Assembly: GCA_973895155.1 (NCBI GenBank)
Contig: OZ316895.1
Coordinates: 5,600,687-5,664,686 of the forward strand
DNA length: 64,000 nucleotides
Source of the DNA: Marsupella aquatica
Lineage: Eukaryota; Plantae; Marchantiophyta
Direction of reading: 5' to 3'
The position numbers were made by a program, and so were the translations under genes. Positions 37,001-49,594 of this stretch are shown here, piece after piece; position 1 is the stretch's first letter, and the number at the start of each line of letters is the position of its first letter. The notes under the pieces were generated by a model, which saw only the letters and a program-made list of their open reading frames with translations, ran no database searches and was not told the origin of the DNA.

Positions 37001-39099
37001 AATCAAAGTTATGTAGGTCTTGCAAAACCCTGAACTGAGTCCAGGGTGCTTCATCACTAGAGAAACTGAATACAAGAATCTGTTGAATGATTCAATGATT
37101 GAATGATGTGACCAGGTAGAGATGAAAAGACATCAAACAAGCAAACATGACAGGCCTCAAGTCTTAAGGAGAAGATAACTAAAACAATAAAGAACCAACT
37201 GTTATCATAATTTGAGAAATAAAGTAACTTACAGTTCGTTCAGCTACTCCTAATCGTTTGGTAAACTCTTCTTGGAGTTCTGCTAGATCTTGGTCTGTCC
37301 CACCAGCAAGATGAAGTTTCACGGCGTCCTCCTTCAGTTTCTCGTTCTCATTCTGATGTAGGCAACAGAAGATGCAATCATCAATCAGCGTGTCTATGCG
37401 CAATATAGAATAGGACCAGAACGTCTATTCTCTAGTTAATACTTCGAGGGGAACAATATGCTCACTGGCTTACCATGAATATGCTAAAACAGTTAATTGT
37501 GCCTATCTAGTTTATAAAGAACTTCACTTGCTTCAAACCGGGCAAAATAAGATAGTAGCAACCTGTAGCGCACTGTTGATAACTGTCATCGTGACAAGTT
37601 TGGACTCATAATGCTTGACCCTGCGCCACAAGCAATTCCCATTGAGTGAATAATTTCACAACATCATCGACCACTCTGCAGTAATTCGGAACGATTGCTC
37701 ATCTAAGGATGCACGCCCTTCCCACTCTACCATTTTTCCAGGACTAATAAGTATTATTCATGGTGATAGTCAGGCAAAACCCATTATGGACAGGAAAGGG
37801 CCTATACGTGGTGATCTAGACAGCCTCACCAGCATAGGCATCTAAACATCGCAATAAACAGATAATGATTTCCTGTAAACAGAGAGCCGGGTAACGTGCT
37901 CCGAAGTGTGGTAAGAAAGACATACCTTGTGGCAAGCTCTTTCTTTGCACCAGTTAAATCACTTTCAAGGGCAGTTACCCTAGCTTCAAGATCCACAGGA
38001 GTCATTGCCAAATCCTGCTCGCCACCTGATGCACATTGCACAATTTGTCAACACAACAGTGTGGGGCCCATTTTACCTGCTAGGGGGTAGTACTCCACTT
38101 GTAGTCTTCACGAGTTCGCCTGAGGGCTGACAGGCTTTCTTTCTCGTTAACGAGCCAGGTCCTTCAAACCTACTGGGACGATCAACAATCACAATCTTAC
38201 TCAGAGGTAGGGAAGGTTTGCGTGCGGGGCAGATTTAGAATCTCAGAATTTTACTTCAGTGGTTACAACGGCTCTTATGAAACCAATTGCACTGTGTTGC
38301 GAGTACTTCGTAGCCAGTCAATAATTGTGCTTACTGCAGCTCATCTAAAGAGAACATTCTCCTTTATTATTCCTACACCTTTGAGGTGTAGGAAAATCAT
38401 TTGGATTTCCTTCATTTGTGGATTTAGCACCTATAATTCTCCTCATAATCTTTCTTTGCCGTCTCTTGTCCAACTGCCCTCATTTACACTAACTGTAAAA
38501 GAACTCCTGGCTCCGTGAGTTTTCCGATTGTATGCCCACTCGTCCCACGCCATCTCGTCTTCGTCCCATCCATCCAGGATACAGGATCTATTGCTGGACG
38601 GGATCATCCATCGAAGCAGCAGAACCCTCTTGAAATTGGAACCACCGAAGAGAAAAAGCATTCATCCATTCACTTAATAGCTGTATTTCGAACTTCAAGC
38701 CCACGAGGCCAGTCCACTCCAGCTTCCAGACGACCCACATTGCCCCATATCCGAACGGTTGAAGCCCATCTCATGTCCTTTGGAACGATCTTTAACTAAA
38801 TCTTTCCAAGAAGATAACTGGATTCTCAGGTTTAGCTCTGATCTACCATCGAATTGCGCAACCCACAGACAGGCAGATACAGTTGAGAAAGAAAACATTT
38901 CCCGTGCAAAGAATTCATTTTCAGACTTTATACCATCTGGATGCATATCCAATATGCCATTAGCCCGCCCTCCTATATGTGTAATGCTTTGCTGATCAAT
39001 CTCCTTTTCTTCTGTATGAGTGTTGGACGCCATCGTTCCCAGATGGCCATTGCTGTGAAGATAAATCTTCGCTCCCTCTGTATGCATATCTGATGCCAT
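31003..39099 (-). CDS. TMF/golgin-candidate-5-like coiled-coil protein, many exons (e.g. 37351-37232, 36306-36184, 32870-32623, 32333-32216, 31796-31701, 31365-31291, 31062-31003); start and last exon uncertain
   Basis: LQEEFTKRLGVAERT, EGERLSIKIGELEGIIKK (TMF_DNA_bd-like) and ELEELKKRHEMALVIIGE...DELEADMSDVKTLYREQM (TMF_TATA_bd-like); in-frame GT-AG junctions. Confidence 0.82.
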
Positions 39100-40323
39100 C
39101 CCTCCTATATGGCTAATACTTTGCAGATTCCTTTCCTCTCCTCTCTCGGGCTCTCAGGCTGTGTCTTCCTGTCTCTCTCTGTGTGCGGATGGACGCGATG
39201 GGACGTTCAGCTCATACAAACCAAGTCAATCTGATGACTAGAGCTTCCTGACCAAGCTCTCGAGACAATAAGGAACCCGCATTGCCACCAGAGTGCACAA
39301 ACAGGTGCACCCAACCCCAAAGTCAATAAAGAAATCGTACCTTCTGAGCGCGTCTCGGGAGCCATCGTCGTCGGTCCTGCACCGGAATGTCCCCACCCCA
39401 CCACCCCCTCTCTTTCCAACCAATCTCCTCGTCCTCTCTCTCTTCCTCGATCGCCCTATCACTCCTGTGCTGCTGTCACTTAAGTTAAGCCGGCGATCTC
39501 GCCATTACCAGGCACCATCTTCCTTCAGATCATGCACGAATGATAGTGCGCCACCACGATGCTTCCCACCACTCCCCTTCAATCCCACCCCACCCATCCA
39601 TTTGCTTCTCCTGCTGCACAGGATCCGCCCAAGAAACCAATCTCTATCCATTTCCAAGAATTCACTCCAACCCACATTCCATACCCAACATTTCGGCTCT
39701 CCTCTATCTAGATGTCCATCGATCGGTCGGCTCCTGACTCGGTGATGCGTCAGGAGGAGAGCTTCTGGTGCCTTTTGGCGACCCACAATTTCTTTCAGGA
39801 TGACTGACAACATACATATCCCTGTGTGAGATGGGGTGGCTCAATTGCCGCATGAGGGGATGAGAGTCTCTATTCCGGTCTACAGTGTAGTCCCATTGTG
39901 CCAATTGGGCTTTCTGAGTTGAGTTTGCTCCACCAGCGAGCATCTCTCGGCGCGCACGCAGGCACTCACGCACGAATGAACACGATGCTCGTGAGTGCGC
40001 CCATGTCTTGTCCAAATTACCGAGCAAGTTCATGCTGGAGACTTAGCATGGGCAAGGAACGAAGGAAGAAAGCGAGGGCGACAGTGAGACGGAGCAAATG
40101 AGAATCCATCCATGAGAGGAGAGACAAGCTTTGACATCCATTGAAAACCCCCATACCCTTTCGCTACTCTGCTCTTCATTCTCATGCTCCAATAATCAAA
40201 TCTGCCAAGGAAGCCGATGAGTTCTTGGCGATTCATCAATTGGTACTCAATTGAAACTCTGTCAACTGAGCTTGTTCCCCTCGTGCTTTCCTGACGAGGC
40301 TGCTCTCTCACAGAACAGAACCC

Positions 40324-40422
40324 AACCCACCACGATACAGTCTCTGTCTAACCTGAGGTGGGAATCCACATAACCTAACCCACCACGATACAGTAGTCTC
40401 TGTCTAACCGGAGTTGGAATCC
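40324..40422. repeat. Two tandem ~53-bp copies
   Basis: AACCCACCACGATACAGT...TCTCTGTCTAACC...GGAATCC twice. Confidence 0.85.
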
Positions 40423-40423
40423 T

Positions 40424-40546
40424 GGTAATTGCACAGATCAAAATATGAAAATATATAACATTTCTCTATACCATGATAAATTTTATTATTTTCTTTAAAT
40501 CAATGAGTGCATACTATATATTATCACATTTTGATGTGTGATTACC
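40424..40546. repeat. Short AT-rich inverted repeat (MITE-like remnant)
   Basis: GGTAATTGCACAGATCAAAATATGAAAATATATA versus TATATATTATCACATTTTGATGTGTGATTACC. Confidence 0.55.
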
Positions 40547-42044
40547 TGCAAGGGAGTTGGAATTGGATCAACTCCGCCCAACCCACCACAAGAGGGTCCT
40601 GTCTCTAGTGGGTGGTTTAATTGGTTTGTTGGGTTCATGAAATACTCACTCTAACAACATCTCCTAGTTGGGCCTCTTTTGTTTCTTGGTAATGTGATGC
40701 ATAGAAGTCTAACTTTGTTTCTTGGCAATTTGATATGTCATATAATTCTAACAACTTATTATTTACTGACCCCATTAGAGGTCCTTTCCAAAATCTGAGA
40801 CTCCACAGCGCACCACATCATCAGGACGCGCTGCAAACAAGAACGGATTTGTTTCCAAATAAAAATAACTATTCATTTCATGTTTATGGCAAGTTCTTGG
40901 TAAAAATGAGAGCGCCATGCCGTAAAATGTAACGTTACTTTATGTGACATAACCATTTTAGTTACCATTCTAGTTACCATTTTAGTTATATCAAAATCCT
41001 GAAACAACCGGGGTTCCTAACATTCCTGAACCTGAATTGATTGAATACAAGATTGGCATCAAGGTGGCAAGCGTTCGGAAAAAAGATTGGAAGATGGCCT
41101 GCACTATTATTAGCCATACAAGATTTGAACGTGACTTGGGTGTGGAAGTTCAGGTAGACGAGTTTATAAATGAAGATTCTAGACAATCATACCAACAAAT
41201 TGTGAGATCCAACTTCAGAAGGAAGAAGCCAAGAAAGAACGAGAACGATGAGACCAGAAGCCAGAAGCAAGCTGAGACCGAGAAAGGGTGCCAAAAAGGA
41301 TGAGAACTCTGAGAGATTGAACTCTTCACCTCTACATCAATTAGGCGATCCAGTGCACCTTTCAACTTTTGGTACACTTTGTGAGGTCCCATCTCCCACT
41401 TATGCATATGGGATCGTCAAAGGTTACCGTTAGCAAAACGGGAGAACGACTCCTGAAGCTAGAATCATCCATTTTCCTTGACAATAATGGCTTTAGCAAT
41501 AATGTCAGCATCAATTGATCTTCTCTCTGTGATTTTCCTCTCACCCTCATTTTGCTGAACATTCCAGACTTTTGACGTTAAAAATTTGCTTCTCTTTGTC
41601 TTAATTGCTGATCAAATTTCAACTCGTCTAACTAAATCTGTATATATCTGGCTTCAATCAACGCTAGCTACAAATACAATGAACCCTCACCGTAGAATGT
41701 CCAGAATCATCTTTGTTGTAAGGCATTATAGGGAAAGCAAAAGCTCCAATAAACACTCAAAACTAGAGTACGGTAGATAAGGTTCAGAAATTCACTTTTC
41801 AACTCTAGCCCACACAGTATAGCACATACCTCATTGGGATGAGAAATGTACCAGGAATTGGCATTGACCAGTTTGAAATTAGTTGTTAATAAAAGTGAAT
41901 TATGTATACAGTTGAGAAGCAATTGTCTTTCAAAACACAATGAACGGTCTTTTCATGGTCAACTTCATCTTTGTTTTCCATTTGACGGATGTTTTCAATC
42001 TATAACAGCGGAAAATAGGAATGTAGGCAGTAACAGTGGAGCTT

Positions 42045-42178
42045 CTGAAGCAAGTCTTGAAAAGGTCAATGCAGAGGACATGCTTCCCCTGTGTGAGACG
42101 TGGAAGAGTGGCTGAAGCAAGTCTTGAAAAGGTCAATGCAAAGGACAGGCTTCCCCTACGTGAGACGTGGAAGAGTGG
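42045..42178. repeat. 67-bp tandem duplication
   Basis: CTGAAGCAAGTCTTGAAAAGGTCAATGCA...GAGACGTGGAAGAGTGG twice. Confidence 0.9.
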
Positions 42179-42347
42179 ATGTAGCCAAGGGGTCCACAAA
42201 CTAATTTTAGTTCACTCTATTGTGACCAACTAAAAAGCAGCTCAAGCCCTCACTAGCTAATTTCTCTAAACAACAGGTATCAACATCAGGCAAGTGGTTG
42301 TGAGCTCGGCCTAAAAGTGAGGGTGAAACTAACAATTTTTCCTTGAA

Positions 42348-45300
42348 ATTTGTTTTTCTTTTAATAAAGTTGGAGCCACAAAAACCCGTGGCAGGGGGAC
42401 ACAAGCAACAACGCCACAAAAGCAAAAAGCAGCAACACTCAACAAGGAGAGCAGCCAGTGCAAGCACCAACAACAGCTTAGGTTTTGTCACCTAAGGCCA
42501 ACCCAAGCCGTACAACCAACCAAGCCAAACAATGCCCAAGTATGGTAAAGCCAGCAGCAAGAGATTAGTGTGACAGTGCATTGCAACCCTACTATCCAAC
42601 AAAGGCCTCAGCCAGACGTGATCCACACTTGGTGGCTAGTCAGCCATGCTACTCTCTCCTGATTAATAAGCTCTTTAGCTCAAAGCAATCTAGTATGCCG
42701 CCTGCTAGGGGGCAGCCTCATCCCAATCGTTGTCACATGGTCAGCGGCCTCTGATAATATAAACCTGAGATCAAATTTCCTGCAGCCATTTTCCTGAAAC
42801 TCATGCATATCCAGTCCTATCCATAGTGACCAAAGGATCTGATAGAAACAAAGAGATGTGCAACTTTGTTGTGTTCTCTCTTGACTGTCAACTCAAGCAT
42901 ACAGTCTAGTACTCTATTTGAGTAATCCAGGAAATGTGCCTTGGAAACAATGAGCACTGAATGTCCAGCAACTACAAGCATGCACACACTGCGCAAAGAG
43001 ATGGGGGATGGTTTCTGTAACCCCATTGCACAACTTGTAGAATCCATCACCTTTGCCAATGTGGACCGCTCTCATTCCCGTAAACAGACCTGAGGCCAAT
43101 ACACTCCAAAGAAAAGTCTTTGCTTGTGAGGACAGGTCGGAGCACCACAGTCCAATCCAAGCCCCTTTCCATTCCACTTCAGTTTTTGTGCTGACCCAAG
43201 TATGATTCAGGCTGTGGAAATCCTCAATAGGCGGGGAAAGTAGAGAATAAGCCCTATTGTTGGTGATTCAAAATTAAAGTATTTGTAGGGGCAGGTTGGT
43301 CTGCCCAGTGCTAGCAGCGAGCATCAGTGACATAATGCATACTGCATCCATCAATGGCTTTAACCGACTCCAAGAACCTCTTGCAACAATCCCTCTCTCA
43401 TGTGGAAAAACCTCTGATGTGCTCCAGTTATGCAGACATATCACTCCAAGTGCACAGATCCGCTGACCACAGATCCTAAAGGCAATGGGTGCTCAGGCGT
43501 CCACAAAGCACAATGACTGGCACTGCAAAATCCGCATTAGGCCAAGACTGAAAGCCCTATAGGCAGCATAAAGTATTGTTGACATTCCATCTTCCAGGCC
43601 TGAAATCTCTAGGAGCAAAGATTAGGTGAGGTCGCAATTGTATCCAAGCTTTCCATAACCCACCGGTGTAAGTTAAGCCATTAAATGAGCATGGAAGGCA
43701 CAACAACATTTTGACCTTGAAGGAATACAGGTTCCTCCTGATCCACTTATAGTTCACCCAACTGACCAATTTCAGGTTTTCAGCAAAGAGGCAGACCCAT
43801 TTTGTGTCAGGGGAGTCCAATGCTCTTGTGAACCATTTGGACAGGAGAGCATCAGAGTGACAACGGAAATCCTTTATCCCCAGACCACCATCCATCCTAG
43901 ACCTAGCCATTTTGGCCCATGAAACCAGAGGGACCCATTTTCCACCTTCTAAGTTGTAGCCCCACAGAAAATCCCGGTAGAGTGCTATCAATTTCCTCAT
44001 CAGTCCCTCCGAAGCTCGCAGGAACATAGAGTGGTAATCAGGGATGGCCTGTAAAATATGTCTTATCAGAAGAGTTCTACCAGAAAATGATAGCATCTTA
44101 TTAGCCCATGAGGATAGTCATGCACTGATTTTGTCTAGAGCAAAATAGTGCAGATGATCCATCCTCAACTCCACCCCCAATGGAGCACCCCGGTACTTTT
44201 GCAACTCACCTTTCCGGCTAATCACGCACCCTATATTAATCAGCCATCTTGGTAGAGAAACCATTGCTAATGGTATAATCACAGACTTAGTACACAAATT
44301 AAGTCTAGCTCCAATTGCAGATTCATAGCAGTGTAACATAGTGGTGGCCATGTGAAAGCTCTCCTCTGTAGCAAGGATCAACATTCCTAAGTCATCTGCA
44401 AAGAGTCAGTAGCATAGTGTCAACTCCATTGAAATTTGTACACCCAATAATCTCCCAGCCGCGAGTTCCGCATCCATGAGGTCCATAAGAGGCTGAGTGG
44501 AAATAACAAATAGTAGGGGAGAAAGCGGGCAGCCTTGCCTAACACCATGTGACAGGGCCCCAAACCCGGTAGTAATTTAGTGATGACTTATAATTGCGTA
44601 TATGAGTAGAAAGCAAGTAGGTGTAGCAAAAGTGTTTGGTTTTCAAAATTTTTAATTTCTGTTAGTTCTAAAAAATTGATGCCACAACCGGAGGCCGGAG
44701 TAGAGAGGGGTGTCGGGCGGTGATGGATGACAAGGGAACCATTGAGGGGGTAAAAAGAGGCCACAAGGCAGCCCAAGGACTTGGAGCCAAGGTGTGAGCA
44801 TCTTGGAAGGGTGGCTGGTCGGAGGCTCCACGTAAGGCACAAAACGGGAAGAATGACCAAAATATAGAAAACATTGAAACTTAAAATAGACGTTGCTAAG
44901 CTAGTACTATTTTAAACATGGTCATGTTTGGATTCATTTTGAAGCCCTCAATGAGCCCCATGCGAAACTGAGGTTCTCTAGTTGATTTTAGGTCTATATC
45001 AAACAGTGACATCTCGAGGGACCTCAACGCTTGTAAAATGGCAAACTAGACAATCTTGGAGTAGTGATGGTGGGAGGGCCCTTAGAAGGAAGGGGTTCCC
45101 ACACTTGTGTTCCCCTTCACCCTTTGTGTGGTCCTCACATGTTTTTTTTGCTCTCTTTCCTTTCCCCACCGTAGAAGGGCCACTGTAGAAGGGGCCCTCA
45201 CACTTTCTTCCTTCCCTTTTTCTCTATTCTCACTTGTGGGGTTTCCATCCATACCTAGACCCTAAACCCTTTCACTCTTGTGCTTGCTTTCAACATGTGT

Positions 45301-48300
45301 ACGGACCCTGGTTGTACGAACATCAGATTTTTGACCATCTCAAAATCATGAGTCTACAGGCTTGTTGGAAAGAGCTCGCCAAGCGAAATCCAACGATGTG
45401 TCACACGGCCGAAACGGAGCTAAGACGAGGGAGATACAACAGATCGCGTTTTTTTGAGAATACGAGAGTTTTGAGGCCATACATACGGCAGGAGGTCCCA
45501 GCTTTGCAAGAGAAGGAGGAGGTAGCAGCACATACGGGGAAACCGTGATCTTCAGATCCAAGGCCCCCTGGTGTTGTACGGGTGAAACGGAGGGAGATAA
45601 TGCCCCGTGAAAAGTTAAACGATCATATCTTGGCCGTTTGACCTCCGTTTTGTGCACCATTTACTGAGCCTGATCAGGAAGAGGAGGGCTCCTCAGATAT
45701 GTTTTCAGAAGTGAATTTTGAGAAAATTTTAGTTTCGACAATTATAGGGGCCCCCTCCTTTTACAACGAACCGGTGGTGGCGATCAAGAGGATTGAGGCT
45801 GGTAGGCAGGGTAGATAGATAGGATAGGAGGTGGTGGACTCAAGTGAGTCCTTGTTTAGTGGAGTGGTATCCACTCCAATGGAGAGCGATGAGGAGACCA
45901 ACTCACGGGGCTTAAGCCAGGGCACCGTGAGTGAGAAGGAGAAGGAGAAGAGTAAGATGTTGGAGAAACAGTTACGGGAGACCGGTAAGTCATCACGGGA
46001 AACCCAAGCTGGTCACGGTGCCACCATATCAGCTAGTCACGGTACCAACATTTTATCACCCTCATCATTACCAGTGGAGGTGAGGATCCCAGGGGTGGAG
46101 CCAAGCTGGTTCAGTAAATGAGTCTGGTGAAGACTAGTGAGGGCTACCCTGTTCCTTTAGTGAGTAGTGGGAGTAATTCCCAGTTTCAAACTAGTGTAGG
46201 GCCCTTGCTTTTCATGCACTACGGATTGGATATTAGTACCGGTGAAGGCACCGCTGGTACCGTAGTGGGCTAGGGTTTTCACAACGTGTGTGTGCTGCAC
46301 GCTTTAGGTTAGTTTATCTCTTAGATGTTTTTGGCGGCGGCGTTAGGGTTGCCGCCGTTGTTGCCACTCCGTGAGGGGTGCTTTGGTGTTTTTTTCAGTA
46401 TTTAGGGGGGAGCCCCGTAGTGAAACGGGGGGGGGGGACTCAGTCTAGTGTTGGTGTTAGGGAAGTTAGCTCATAGCCAGAAGGGGAATTCGAGCCAGAG
46501 TAGTGAGGTAGAGGTGTAGCGCTTGCCCCAGTGAGCCAGGAGTTGGGCAGATGGCAGGAGGCCGGGTTGTCCTTGCAATGTGTTACCACTTTTTGCCAAA
46601 AGATATGGATTTGGTTTGATTCCTCAAGTTTTGGTGTGGCGTTATCTTTTCTGGTTCACGATTGTGTTCTTTCCCCAAGAAGTGTCTAAGGAATCCTTAG
46701 GTAAGATGATCATCAACCTGTTGGCCAAAATTTTAGCAACGAGCTTGTATATAGTATTCTACATGGTCAGGGCCCTCCAATCCTTCAAGAACCGCTTATC
46801 TGGTTCTTGGGGATGAATTTGATGATGTCATCCTTAATGTCAGCAACTAAGTTTCCAAACACCCAGAATACGTACATATCATGGCAATGAGATCCACCTT
46901 GATAAAATCCCAGCAAGCACGGTAGACCTCACCCAACATTCCATCAGGGCAAGGGGCCTTATCAGATGGCATCAACCAGAGCGTATATTTGATTTCCTTG
47001 CCATTGAGCTTGCCATTTGGAGTACTTCTAATCTTGTCAATTCAGCGTGTGTTAATGTGTGTCTGGTGTGAGCAAGTAGTAAGCTCCTGGCTCCCCGCAT
47101 CTCCCCAAGATCCCCTACAATAAGATCAAGGGCGGGATACTGACAACTCTAAGCAGTGTCTTACTACTTCCTTCAGAATGCAAACTGGCTCCATAATCTC
47201 CATTCCTTCTTCAGTTTTAAGAGATCTCATAGCTTCCCTGTTGCGCTTAGCTTTTACAGTAGCAAATAAAAATTTAGTGGGCTCCTCCCCTTCCCCCAAC
47301 CACTTGATCCTTGCTAGTCGCCTCCCTGCATGTGCCTCTTGCAGCTCTGCTGCATGTAGCATGTCCTCAGCATCAACATATGCTCTCAATTCCTCCTCTG
47401 AGTTATCATCCAGCAAGGACTCCTTAAGAGTCCGGAGGTGATCCCGCAGGATCCTTAGCTCCTCAGCCCGTACTTTGGGGGTGCCCTGTTTTAGTTTTGT
47501 ACATTTTCCTCATCCTGCAACTAGCTCGTTCAAAGGCCATCAGCGGCTCAGTAAATTCACCCTTCCCCAGGTTCCAAGCCTCTTCCAATGCCTCCAGATG
47601 TTCCTTATTTCTGACCACAGCCGGGGTTCAGATTGAACCACATCGGCCCGCTAGGGGGACCGGGGGTTTCCTCTCTCTCTCCCAATCAAATTTGTATCAC
47701 CACTGGATCGTGGTCAGAAAGTGCTGACCCACCATCATGAATCAGTTCCACTAGGTTATCAAGCCATTCTCCTTTTTCACTAAAGTAGAATCTGTCCGGG
47801 AATCTATCCAAGTGTGATTACACAGTGACCTCGTTCCTACATCTACGCCACGTGAAACGAGAGCCAGTGGCCACCCCTACCAACAGCATTGCATCAGCCA
47901 AGTCCAATCTAACTTACAAAAATCGCCAGAATTCTGCTTCCCGCCCTTTACTCAGTGGTGATATACCGCTGGAGTCTTCTCTGATTTTGGTCATGTTAAA
48001 ATCTCCACCACGATTCCAATTTCCTTGGGGGAGGACAGATTTCAACTCATGCCACAGGCATGCCCGTAATCTAGGTGAGTTAGGTGCATATATGCTTACC
48101 ATACCCAACTTGCCTCCTTTTGACTCTACCACAGCCCATACATCTCTTCCCAAATAGACCACTCCTGATGCCAATATCTTCAGGTCAGGGCGAATCAACA
48201 AAGCAGATCCCCCCCCTTCCCTCTTCCGGTGCTGAAGTGAGGTGATGATAGAGCGGCAGAATAGCTCTCAGAGCAGTATCCAGGCAGAATTGATCAGCTT

Positions 48301-48325
48301 TGATGTCAATCTTCCCCTTCTGTGA
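42348..48325 (-). mobile_element. Degenerate L1-clade LINE ORF2 (APE endonuclease, RT, zf-RVT, A-rich tail), interrupted at 44548-46699
   Basis: SIYAPN, GGDFN, SDHDPV (endonuclease); WLGEGEEPTKF; YKLVAKILANRL; GVRQGCPLSPLLF; LSFSGRTLLI, GGLGI; ETIPHLFAQC; tail TTAAAAGAAAAACAAA on the minus strand. Confidence 0.92.
44548..46699 (+). mobile_element. Gypsy-like LTR-derived insertion nested in the LINE RT
   Basis: TGTGACAGGGCCCCAAACCCGG abuts the GVRQG codons; first ~350 bp homologous to 3951-4325; LINE resumes near 46700. No right CA terminus or TSD seen. Confidence 0.65.
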
Positions 48326-49594
48326 TTCAATCCAATTTTTAACTACCATTTTCCACGTCATGCTTGTGAAACCTCTGAAAAATATGCGAAACATCTTGAT
48401 GTAAACAGTGGTTTTCTAGGATTAAAATTACTTTTAAAGTTAAAATTGAAACAGGGAGAATAATATTCTGGCCTTGCTGTATCTTGAAAAACAGTTTAAT
48501 TAATGCTTTTTCAGGGGTTGCGTGAATCTGAATCATGGCACGATGGTATTGTAATAAGTAGGGTTGGTCTCGAAACCATTCAAATAATTCAAATAACAAT
48601 GAATATTCAATTTCTTGGGGAAATGGCAGAGTTGACAAAAATCTACCTGGACCCTCGAAAACCTCTGTGGGTCATTAAATATTATTATTATTCCAATTGC
48701 ACCTTTTCTTTGTAAGTAAATGCTAAACTTCTTGGAGAAATTGGTGCTCGGATAGACTACAATGTGTAACAATGCAACTCGGATATACCTGCAGGGTTTG
48801 ACGTCCAAAATGTGTCCATTTATACAGAGTTCAACACAGCGCTTAAAAAAACGACAAAGAATACCAGCGTGCAAATCACTATGTTTCCACTAGAGAAGCT
48901 AGAAAATCATGTCAATAATTAAGTGTACAAATGGAATATATGTCCAAGAATGCACGAGCCATGGACAAAACCTCAATGACTACCACAAGAAAAACAGGCT
49001 TTGATACACACTTACAATACCAATTCTACAATGAAAAGTTGAGATACCCACAATTCATATGTAATGTCGTCACCACAAAATGACACATGACAACATGCCT
49101 CATTATGTCTCCACCTGAAGGATGTTACAAATTAGCCAGAAGCAAAATCGAGAACCGAGTCTGAGATATGGACTCAACTGCTGCTCACAAATGAAGATGG
49201 CTTTATTTCAAGGATCGACTTCTACAATTGAAGATTAAAGAATGTAGTTCCTGTATAATATTTCACAACTATGGACTCGGAGGTCCTCTTAAATCGAGCA
49301 TTCTATGACCAAAAAAGGGTCCATTCATTGATATCATCATCCTATGGAGGAATGGTTAACTGACTTGCTAAATCCCTATCTAAGAAGGAAATCGCCAAAG
49401 AGCTGAGGAGCGGTTGAAAAAATATTTCGCTCCAGTCAGTTCTAAACCACTGAAAACGTAATATCGTCGAATTTGTTTGAAAATGTAATATCGTCGAATT
49501 TGTTTGCAATCCACGCTAATTGTGCGTGGCAGACATGGAAGCAACTTCTTGAAGAGCTGCTGCTGGTGTTGAGCTACTCCAGCTTCCCACCCAC

